A DNA stretch of 64,000 bases from Chara braunii (taxonomy: Eukaryota; Plantae; Charophyceae), in the NCBI GenBank assembly GCA_003427395.1, contig BFEA01000003.1, positions 4,714,266 to 4,778,265 on the forward strand, written 5' to 3'. Both the position numbers and the translations under genes were made by a program. Under the pieces are notes generated by a model. That model was not told the DNA's origin, searched no databases, and saw only the letters and a program-made list of their open reading frames with translations. Shown piece by piece: positions 11,419 to 22,200 of the stretch; the stretch's first letter is position 1; every line of letters begins with the position of its first letter.

Positions 11419-14400
11419 GATTTACGAATAGGGTCCGGAAAAGTCTAGATTCTGACATGTGTAGAACATCTCTGACTCACTACTGATGGATGACTGTATA
11501 TAGGAGAACACATCGAGGATTGGATCACGCCCATGTACATCAGTTAATTGAGTCATTACAGATATGTTTACATTCGCATATAGACTTTCAGACCTAGCAT
11601 ACATAGGAAAGTATTGAGTGTGACACTGACTACTTCGGTTTTCCTTTCTCTTATGGTGTGGAGTGTTTCTAGGTAGTGCTTTTGTGTGAGTTTATGATTC
11701 TTTCTCTTTCAGAGCAAGGTGAGTCAGACAGTGTGTAAGTGATGTGAGGTGTGGATACTCTGGCTCTCTTTTACTTTTTGACTTTCTTGGATATTTTGAA
11801 TTTTTTTATGTACCTTGATCTTCGGTTGGATACTGTGACACTTGGTACGATACCCCGGTACTTTGTACGATATTTTATTTCTTTTGTACGATATTTTGAT
11901 CCTTTCGATATGGACTGGAACCTTTGCTTATTTGCATGGTCCCTACGTTCTGTGTATTTGTGCGAATCTCAGACTTCTTTATTTTTTATGTGGTGTGTCA
12001 CGCTCACTTTCAGTTGTGGACTTGCCCATATGAATGATTATTGTGACGAGAAATAAATGTTGTGGAAATGACCTGATCTGCACTATCTTCCTCTGTACTT
12101 AGGCATATCTGCATTAGAACAGACAAAGTCATAAGTACAGTGAAAGAGAGTGCACCTCATGTCTGTTTGGAAGAAGGAATTATGTGTTGAGTTCAGAAGG
12201 ATTTGAGTGATGATAAATGGAGAGGTCACAACTAAAAGTTGTCTTTTTGTGTGGTTCAAAGGAAAACGAGAGAAGGAGACCCAATGGCCGTTGAGTTCTC
12301 CACATATATATAAGAGTGGAACTATGAGGGAGCACTCAAATGAGTTGCTATAATGATGAGGAAACTGTATGTATGACTGAAAGTCTTACGAGGGAAGACC
12401 AAAATCTTTGTGAGAATTATGGATGGAAATTTTCTGGCAATTATGATGAGAGACTTTTGTGAGGTGTCCCTAAGACGTGTGACCGCCGNCTGTTNTGATC
12501 AAAGTAAAGNGGGGCACGACCTTGTGGATAAGAGAGAAAGTTGCTGGAACACAGAGAGAAAGAGACACTATCCCCCCACATAGTCCGAGGTTGGGAGGGT
12601 AAGTGAATCTAGAGGTTGTCCAGAGCTATTTGCCAGAGCACAATGGTTAGTCTAGGGGGACATATTTTGTGAGGCCAAGCTAAGGGGCTATACTTAGCAT
12701 CGCTGGAACTGTAGAACCTAACTCCCAGCGAGGGTCGCTGACCGGCGCAACCTGGCAGCGGGACCACGACTCACCAATTGGTAAATCTTGAAGGGTCGGT
12801 CGCCCGGAGAGGTATAGCTAGGGGGGAGTCAGTGGGGTTGAATGAGTCTGAGAGCCGGTAAGTACGCCTATCGTTGCGCAACCAACGAGGGCATCATCGC
12901 TATATAACAACGCGATGAGCTGTGGATACAGTGTGATCGACCGTTCTGCGGTGGGCCAAAATGGAGACCTGAAAACCTCCTGTGTAGACACCAGGGTGGA
13001 CAGTTATTATGAGAGATATTTGAGATGGTAAAAATTATCATTTTGGGGACTAAAGGTGCCCCGGTTTTTGAGAGAGGTCTCGGTTAGGGCCCGCGTCCTG
13101 AGTTATGACCCCGTACGCGGGATGATGACTCATTAGGACACCCAACGATTAACCGGCAGATGTCTACGACGAAGGAAGGAGGGCTACCAATCTACTACTT
13201 GGAAGCGGGTACTACGCTGTAGTACGGATGACAGTACACCCTAACTCCTAGGCCAGGATGTGGGAGACCCAGGTTAAAACCCTGGCAGTGGAATGTTGTG
13301 ACTGGGGTAGATTGACAAGATGCCTCTAACAGAGTCGAGCCGGCTAGTCGGAATGGTTGATACCTTGTTAGCAGATGGGATTTTGTACGCTTATAGCATT
13401 TGATTGCTCGACGCGACGGGGACGTCGCTTAATAGGGTCCGAAAATATTGTCGGCACCAATACCCTTACAAGGGTAATTGTGCGTACTCTTGCACCTCGC
13501 AGGAGGAGCACTCTTGATAAAATTTAAGGAAGTAGCGTGTTTTTCGCTCGACCGTGACTGAGTTTGAAGTCAGGGACGACGGGCGCACGCATAGCTTGTT
13601 CAAAGAGTGTGTGGGCGTGCACTTTGTGGGCACGCGTTAGTTAAATAGTGAGAACAGATGGACCGCTCGGCGGTCCAAGTTAAAAGTAAGCTAGGGGTTC
13701 GGATAGCGTAGCACGGGCCGCAGACTTCGAACGTACTGACGGAGTCGCCACTGGTGCGAAGTTAGACCGTCGAAGCTATGGCTAGAGGAAAACTTTCGAC
13801 TGACTTGCTGAAGGGCGGCATTTTGAGGCCGCACCATGTAAAGTATGCAAGTACTACAATTGACTATAAAAGTATCGACGGTAGGAGCTGTAACAAAATT
13901 GAGTTAGGTATGACGCGAGCAAAAGTCGGGGTCTTTCCGACCAAAGACGATAAAAGCATGTTCTTTTCGATGAGTACTGCGGGCTACGAGAGCCTCGGCC
14001 CGTGACCGCGGCATGGCGGGGAAGTGCGCATGGTAAACTCAGCAATAACCGTCCTCCAAGCAGCGAAAGCGTGACATTGCAGGGCTTGGGCTCGAGTAGT
14101 AAGCCAAGCAACGACCTTGGTGCACCTGCTACACGCCCGAGCAGGCCGCAGTAACTCTTCATATGTAGAACTGCGCCTGCTGCAACCAGGCTTGGGCTTA
14201 GCCCTATTGGTTACAGCACTAGACTTTTGCCTCGCAGATCCTGGGATCGAGGCCAGCGAANAGTAGCAAGGGAGNGAGGAGCGTACTTTGGCAAAAATCC
14301 GAGGGGTTGAGNGTCCTGCGGGACTATCCCCNTTGGTTTTGCGCAGGGTTCCGACTGCGGGCCCGACGGGCAGGACCAAGGGACCGAGTCCCAGCGGTTC

Positions 14401-14522
14401 CCGTCCCCCTACCTGTTTTATAAGTTCTTTTTTTTATTAATTATTATTCTCATTTTTATTTTTATTTTGGTCCCATTTTGGGACAAGCTCCGGTACCGGT
14501 CCGTGGACCGGCAGTAGGACCC

Positions 14523-14583
14523 AAGAGCCTAGCCTGGTGGGTATATTGAACTGTTGCAATACAAACCTGTGTTCGAATCCAGA
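14523..14583 (+). other. tRNA-derived segment with Pol III A-box and B-box
   Basis: TAGCCTGGTGG (14530-14540), TATTG/CAATA stem, CCTGtG-TTCGAAT-CCAG T-arm. No intact acceptor stem. Confidence 0.5.
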
Positions 14584-14670
14584 TGATGGAACTTGATGAG
14601 TAAAACCGAATATGTCTGATTCGTCTGGGCCCGGTCAATTCGGGGGTGATATCCCGAATCCGTGGCCGCA

Positions 14671-14735
14671 GTCCTGCGGGACATCCGTTAAAATTGGAAC
14701 GATACAGAGAAGACTAGCACGNCTCCCTGCGAAGG
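14671..14735 (+). ncRNA. U6 snRNA-derived fragment (5' ~60%) inside element A
   Basis: GTCCTGCGGGACATCCGTTAAAATTGGAACGATACAGAGAAGACTAGCACGNCTCCCTGCGAAGG matches the plant U6 5' stem-loop, ACAGAGA box and AGC region. The U6 3' end is absent. Confidence 0.9.
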
Positions 14736-15292
14736 TCATCTGACCTTTCTATTGGTCGCCTCCCCCTCCCTTTTTTTTTTCCCCGATCACGGATTGGTGT
14801 GTCGGGTTCCTGGGAAACCTGTGCCACTTCAGACAATCGGCGCAACTATGAGGCAGTGTGAGGATTCGGCTTAGGACTTCAGTACAAAGCAATGCAGCCC
14901 GGTGGGAGTAGGGCTGCTTTTTGTTCTGACCACAGGTAATGCACGCGGGGTGAATGTGCGTTAGAAGAGGGAGCGGCAAACAGGGAACTGATGAACGGGA
15001 AGGAAACGGAGAAGATGCTGTTCGCCGGTATGGCAGCGAGTGGAAGAAGCCTTACCTGCTCATACTCGTCACTGGCATCTCGAGGAGAGTGAAGAAACAG
15101 AGTGAACCTGGACGCAGATCGGCGCCGGGTACTTCCTAGGTGGAAATGGAGATGGAGGGAGACCTATCGTGCCGTTATTAATGGANTCGGGCAGGGTGAA
15201 GGTTGAAGATTGGAGCTTCTAGCGCAGGAGAACGCTGCACGGCGAGAGTGGGGGCTACAGTGACGAAAGGATATACCTGGACTTGATTTTGC

Positions 15293-16192
15293 NNNNNNNN
15301 NNNNNNNNNNNNNNNNNNNNNNNNNNNNNNNNNNNNNNNNNNNNNNNNNNNNNNNNNNNNNNNNNNNNNNNNNNNNNNNNNNNNNNNNNNNNNNNNNNNN
15401 NNNNNNNNNNNNNNNNNNNNNNNNNNNNNNNNNNNNNNNNNNNNNNNNNNNNNNNNNNNNNNNNNNNNNNNNNNNNNNNNNNNNNNNNNNNNNNNNNNNN
15501 NNNNNNNNNNNNNNNNNNNNNNNNNNNNNNNNNNNNNNNNNNNNNNNNNNNNNNNNNNNNNNNNNNNNNNNNNNNNNNNNNNNNNNNNNNNNNNNNNNNN
15601 NNNNNNNNNNNNNNNNNNNNNNNNNNNNNNNNNNNNNNNNNNNNNNNNNNNNNNNNNNNNNNNNNNNNNNNNNNNNNNNNNNNNNNNNNNNNNNNNNNNN
15701 NNNNNNNNNNNNNNNNNNNNNNNNNNNNNNNNNNNNNNNNNNNNNNNNNNNNNNNNNNNNNNNNNNNNNNNNNNNNNNNNNNNNNNNNNNNNNNNNNNNN
15801 NNNNNNNNNNNNNNNNNNNNNNNNNNNNNNNNNNNNNNNNNNNNNNNNNNNNNNNNNNNNNNNNNNNNNNNNNNNNNNNNNNNNNNNNNNNNNNNNNNNN
15901 NNNNNNNNNNNNNNNNNNNNNNNNNNNNNNNNNNNNNNNNNNNNNNNNNNNNNNNNNNNNNNNNNNNNNNNNNNNNNNNNNNNNNNNNNNNNNNNNNNNN
16001 NNNNNNNNNNNNNNNNNNNNNNNNNNNNNNNNNNNNNNNNNNNNNNNNNNNNNNNNNNNNNNNNNNNNNNNNNNNNNNNNNNNNNNNNNNNNNNNNNNNN
16101 NNNNNNNNNNNNNNNNNNNNNNNNNNNNNNNNNNNNNNNNNNNNNNNNNNNNNNNNNNNNNNNNNNNNNNNNNNNNNNNNNNNNNNNNNNNN
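15293..16192. other. Assembly gap (others at 17867-17906, 21618-22017 and 42199-42858)
   Basis: Runs of N. Confidence 1.
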
Positions 16193-18040
16193 CGTGCCGT
16201 GAATATTGCCACAGCTAAACCCCGCGGGCAGCAGATTACCGTGGGTAACTCCCAGTCAGGTTGCCACGGATGCTGTTGGGTGCTGAGTTGTCATGCACTG
16301 GATCTCCTGTGCACTATGAGACTAACCGGGCCTGCTGTACCATTGCAGGTGCTACCACTATACCATCAGCCACTACTACTACGATGCCATGAAGAGGGGC
16401 AGCTAATAATTGCTAACAGCTGAGGATACGGGCTGCCGCATCAAGGGCAGCCACCACTGTAAACAGGGTGGGTTTTGCTGCCTTCTTTTCAAGATACTGT
16501 GGATCCTTCTACTCGGTACTGCTGCTACCATTACCAGGCGGTGGTTGGGTATCATTGGTGGTACGGGGAGGGGGATAAGTGACCAGTGGTCAACCGTTGG
16601 ATTGCTGTAGAAGGAAAGTGAGACCGTGGCAACTACCGCACGAGTGTCGCAGGTCCGTGTCACCAGCCACCTGTTGCTGACTGACAGAGTGCCTAGGCCT
16701 GCTGCAGGTTANATTGAAGATACCCANNAACGGCTGGGGNNNGTTCTGCTGTGCTTTCGGAGTGGTGTTGCTGTGTCTTGTTGGCCTTGCTGGTTGCCTG
16801 GTTCGGGGGCTACCACTGCGGCCGGTACCTTGTCTCCCGGTTGTTGCCCCCCTCCACTTCGAGTGTTACTGACGACTTGGCGACCGGCTAGTACAAGGAA
16901 GGTGTAGTTGCAGCAAGGTGAACTTCTCCTTCGGCTGCTATAGCCGTGGCCAGCTGTGCGACTATGCTGCCCGGAATCGCTGATGACATACATCGCCTAG
17001 TGCTGCTATCATAGTGTTACCCCGTTCTCTCGTGGGCGTCAGGTGGTTGTGTAATTGTCGGCACTCCTATTCTGCTGTAGCTGTGTATGGGCAGCTGCTG
17101 AGTTTGGCGGGTCTGTGGCTGCATAGTGGGTGACGCTTTACAGTACACTCAGTGTCTGCTGCTGAGTAACTGTACTAATTACGGTGCTCAATGCTCCTTG
17201 CCGTACTCTGCGCCTTGTGGCTACACGCCCTGTGTTGACTGCGGGGTGCTGCGCGGGCTGGGTGCTGCTCCCCACTGAGGACTTTTGCTGGGGGCTGGCA
17301 ATTGAGGGCCGACTAATCCAAGCTGTTGTATTCTACTGGCCACTGGGGGCTAGGTACAGACTGTGACTATTGCAGGCCGTTCGTCTTATTGAGTACGCGA
17401 CGGCCAATGCAGCAGTCCGGACTGCTGCTGAGATAGGCTCGGGTGGGGTGCTGTCGCGGTATTGGGCGTTGTTTGGGGTGCTGTTGCTGCGCAGAAACGC
17501 CGTGCCTTACTAGAAGCAGCAACAACTTGGGTTGGTGAAAGGGGGCAAAGTGAGAGAAGGGAATGTGGTAACCGTGAGGAGTGAGACCGGGCTTGGCAAC
17601 GAGGACTATGGCTGCGACTTGAGGGGGTTGCGGGGGTACCGTTTGAGATTGGTAATCTGCACTTAGCTGCGGGCTGAAGGGTGCTACTNCACTATCTGGC
17701 CATCATTGCGGGGCCCTCAGGCGAGTNAAGGCTTCAAGGCCCTCTCACGCGAGTCTGAGAGCACCCATCTGAGAGTCTGACTTATTCTCTTTCTGCCCTT
17801 CTCAGTCTCAGTCTAGTCTATTGGTGCCGAGAGGGAAGCGGCAGGCGGGATTGCAACCCGTAGGTCNNNNNNNNNNNNNNNNNNNNNNNNNNNNNNNNNN
17901 NNNNNNGACATGCGATGCAAAGGTTTAATAAACAAGTATATATGAGAATTCAGATAACTTTTGAGAGAATTCAGACAAANGAATTGGGGGAAGGTGGGAT
18001 GAAGGAGTTTTTGCATGCGTCTGACCGCGTCAAACCCAGG

Positions 18041-19250
18041 CTGAGTCCCTCCGGGTGGATGTNGGCTCAGTGCTATGTTTTGTTGAGGTTTGCTGTATTG
18101 AATGAATGACTTTTATGGCTGGTCCACCCGGGTGGGATAGGATCAGTCGCTGTTTTATTTTAGGGTTTCTGAACAGGAGGACGGGCACCCCGGGTGGGGA
18201 AGGCTCAGAATCTTGGTGTTTATTTTAATGAGTTGTGGTGCGTGTTTTCTTCTGAGGGAGTAACGGCATAAGACTAAGCGTACCCTAGGGTTAGGGCGGC
18301 TTAGCCATGAGCCATGAACTAAATGGTCAACCAGAGTATAAAATTTGATATATATACAATTTGAACTTATACTTCTGACAGACTGGGCGCCCCGGGTGGG
18401 GAAAGTCAGTAAGTGAGTCAGGTAGAACTAAAGAAGAGGGAAAGAGATGAAGAGTAAAATGAAGGTAACTGGGCAGACTGAACGTACCCTAGGGTTAGGG
18501 CGGTTCAGTTATATGCTCATGATAACACTAAGGAGCAGAGAGTTAGTATAAATCTTATTTTATTTCCCCTTCTAGACGTGAGGCTGAATCGGAAGTTCCA
18601 CTAGTTAGAAAGGTCCGATTGACTGCCTAACAAGAGAAGGAAAAACATAAAGTCTGTGAAAGTATTTGTACCCTATTTTCTGTTGTATGGCTAACTAGGC
18701 GTACCTTAGGGTTAGGGCGGCCTAGCGATAAGCCTTTGTCGTTTAANGTAAGTTGGANGTACCCTAGGGTTAAGGCGGTCCAGCGTTTCGGTATTTATAA
18801 CTGTTCAGGCAGATCAGGCACACCCTAGGGTTAGGGCAGCCTGATCACATTGCCTTATGTAACTTAAATTGTATGGCTAACTAGGCGTTCCCCAGGGTTA
18901 GGGCGGCCTAGTAATATGCCTTTGTCGTTGATGTGCTGTGGGTTGGACGTAACCTAGGGTTAGGGCGGTTCAACTTTTTGTCGTTTGTACTTANGTTCAG
19001 GCAAGCTAGACCTACCCCTGGGTAGGGATAGTCTAGAATAATGTCGTATGTAACTTCGTTTAAAGCAGACTGGGCATACCCTAGGGTTAGGGCAGCCCAG
19101 TCCTATGCGCTTGTTGTTAGTTAGGCATATACCTTATGTGTATAGTTCCTGTCATGTTGGGCACACCCTAGGGTTAGGGCAGTCCAATTGTGTGTGCCTT
19201 ACTCGTGTACCTAGGCAGGTCAGGCATACCCTAGGGTTAGGGCTTTGTCT
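18041..19250 (+). repeat. Array of about 15 stem-loops with a conserved GGGT tetraloop and co-varying stems
   Basis: Inner CCCTA-GGGT-TAGGG or CCC-GGGT-GGG, an internal loop, and outer stems that differ between copies but stay complementary. Confidence 0.9.
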
Positions 19251-22200
19251 CACCGTATGCCATAGGAAAGGGGGATGTAAAAGGGAATAACGAGATTTTT
19301 TGAACGAACTATGAGGTTGAAAGAAACCTGAGGGTTGGTGAGAGATGTTCGTTGTGATTGTTTGTGTGTGTGTTTGCGGACTCTCACTCTGGGACATCTT
19401 CTGATAGGATTAGTTGCTTTAGATGCTCGCTGAGTGCTGGAGCCATAGGCAGATAAGATGGATGATGGGAGAAAAACTTCGGATAAGATAGAACTTGGCT
19501 CTGCTAGGACTTAGGATCAGTGCTAGCTCACGCTCTCATCTAGAGGTCGTGCAGACTATCACTGATTCTACCTTTCAAAGTAAGCGTCAGAAGTTAGTCC
19601 NAAGTANAGTTTTGCTTTGTCTTCCTATTTTTAGCTTTGTATAAATCTTGGCAGCCTCCTTTTCCTACNGGAAGCGCTGCNGAAATTTCTACAAATCANA
19701 AAGAGTTAGTCATTTTTGGGCTTTCAGAAATTCTGAAAAGACACTTTTCCTACGGGAAGCGCTGCCGAAATTTCATAGAAATCGAGGAGTTANAATAATT
19801 TATGCTAGGAGAAACTTGGCAAGTNCACCCTGAATAGAGGAGATGCTGCCAAATTTCTCAGGACCCAGATTANAAAANGGAAGCTGAGTTTAAGACTAGT
19901 AGAGGAGCTAGGATACGAGATAGAAAGTATTCTCCATGTGAGGTAAACGTCGTAGTGGTTCTCTTTGGCCTGTACTGTGATGCAGGTCTTTGTGACTTGG
20001 TTGAAGGATTGATCNGGCCAGCATAATCCTGTTAAGGATTATTCTTCTGTTATCATTGATAACAGGTCGGTTGCCGATTCGTCGGCTTACGACTCAACTT
20101 TCCTACTACTTCTGCTTCTCAACCTAAAAGCCTTGGCCCTTGTTGGTTTATTGTTTTCTTTGGCCCTTGTTGGTTTATTGTTTTCTTGGGTTTTCACCCA
20201 GATTCTTTATAAATGGTCATTTCTTTAAAGACTGAGTATCTTTGTTATGGAAAGGTGGGGAATAGGTTGGGCTTGTGCGCGTAAGGTAGGGTGTGAGCTG
20301 CAGAAGGCTGAAAAGTTGACCCCTTTAGTGTGTGTGATGTCGTTTGATTTNTGTATGTGATCGCAGGTATGTGTGGAGAAACCTCGATAAAAGTTTGGTG
20401 ATTGGTTGTGAATTGGATTGAGATGGGCAAATCACACAACTGTCGTGAGAGGGAACTACCACACAAACTCTTTGTTTGATTGCGATTGGTCTTTTCCTAT
20501 CCTGATTCTTTAATAGTCAAAGTAGGCGTACGCTCGGATAACCCTCACAAGGATATGCGACTGCACGTTTATGGCTCTCTTTTACTCACTGATTTTATAT
20601 GGTCGAACGTAAGTCCCAAGTCCTAGGTCCGGGGCTGAAGGGATTACCCTTCACACAGTTCTGACCTACTTACATCCTTAGGGAAACAAAAGCGGCGCGA
20701 GAAGGAGGGACTGACCCCCAGCAACTCGGTCCAGTAGGACATTCATGTCTTCTTCGGCCAGCGACAAACGCCCCTATTCTCTTTCCTTGTTTAGTTTGCT
20801 TTTGGTGGAACGATAAAGTTCCGGGCGGAAGGATTAGCGTGTCGCTGGTGATGCGCCAGACAACTCACCACCGCTCCGAATCCCTTCCTGCCCTAGGGAC
20901 CATCTTACCTCGCACCCCTTGGGACACCTCAGGGTGTTGAAGACGGTAAGGCCCCCAGGCCGGTTTTTACGCTCCCTAAAGGTTTACTCCCTTTAGTGTG
21001 CGCTTCAGTCGACGCCTGAGCATCGAAAGCGACCCCATGGCTTAAACGAGGCCACTCGGGTATGGGCACTACATGGTGCGCCGATATCACGATCGCTTAC
21101 GCAAATCCGCATTGTTGGTCGATATGCGTAAGTCCTATAGTCGCGCGGCCTTATGTTAACCCGCGCGCGTGACACTTACCGATTTCCACACCTGAAAGTT
21201 GTGGGTCAAGCGAAAAAGGCAAAGGCGCGTTATGGCTAGTAGACCTGAGTTTTAATAGCGCGAAACGGCGCGTGGGCGAGATATCAATCCCAGTCGACGT
21301 ATGGGGGCTCACGTACGAGCTTCCAACGCCTCGAACAACGGGTTGCCTATGGGTCCAGCTTTGGGCACCATCCGCACGCATCTCACGGGTTGGCCTACAC
21401 CTTCCGCTGGAGACTGTTATCAGACTATGAGCTAGACAGAGAGATGAAATAGGGTGATCCCCCCTTTTTTCTATCTGTAGTTGTTTCCTCTTTTAAGTTT
21501 TCTTGGTTAGACGTTGTAGTCAGTGGTAGCCGTCAAAGTCAAACCCCTTGATTTTGGCTACCACGACAGCTCTGGAGCTGTCTACTCAACCCCTCTGCAC
21601 AGGGTGCAGAAGAGGGTNNNNNNNNNNNNNNNNNNNNNNNNNNNNNNNNNNNNNNNNNNNNNNNNNNNNNNNNNNNNNNNNNNNNNNNNNNNNNNNNNNN
21701 NNNNNNNNNNNNNNNNNNNNNNNNNNNNNNNNNNNNNNNNNNNNNNNNNNNNNNNNNNNNNNNNNNNNNNNNNNNNNNNNNNNNNNNNNNNNNNNNNNNN
21801 NNNNNNNNNNNNNNNNNNNNNNNNNNNNNNNNNNNNNNNNNNNNNNNNNNNNNNNNNNNNNNNNNNNNNNNNNNNNNNNNNNNNNNNNNNNNNNNNNNNN
21901 NNNNNNNNNNNNNNNNNNNNNNNNNNNNNNNNNNNNNNNNNNNNNNNNNNNNNNNNNNNNNNNNNNNNNNNNNNNNNNNNNNNNNNNNNNNNNNNNNNNN
22001 NNNNNNNNNNNNNNNNNGCGATGCCTACCTGATTCTCGCAGCATGAAGTTATGGGTCCGATACTGAAGGGACTAGGAGTGTTGTGATGTTGTGTTTGTTT
22101 TGTGTTTTTCCATGTGTTATGTGTGGATAGATGTGAGTGTTGTGGTGTAACGCGTGGTGTGTGTGATGTGTCCTAGTCGACCAGCGCCGAGTCGCATTTG

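Noticed and set aside
14579-14628. C/D snoRNA or hammerhead ribozyme (TGATGA...CTGA)
   Set aside because: Too short for a snoRNA with a guide region, and it lacks the CTGATGA...GAAA core with three stems.
14651-14661. ATCCCGAATCC as a plant snRNA USE promoter element
   Set aside because: Only a partial match, about 20 nt from the U6 start instead of 60-70, and no TATA box between them.
18270-19250. Interstitial telomere repeats or a CRISPR-like array (CCCTAGGGTTAGGG units with variable spacers)
   Set aside because: Not tandem TTAGGG runs, and variants such as CCCGGGTGGG lose the telomeric motif but keep the hairpin. Spacing is irregular, there are no cas genes, and the context is eukaryotic.
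21123-21201. 79 bp present in the 3' LTR but absent from the 5' LTR, read as intron loss (contains GTAAGT...AAAG)
   Set aside because: The deletion breakpoints do not coincide with the GT/AG positions, so it is better explained as a simple post-insertion indel.
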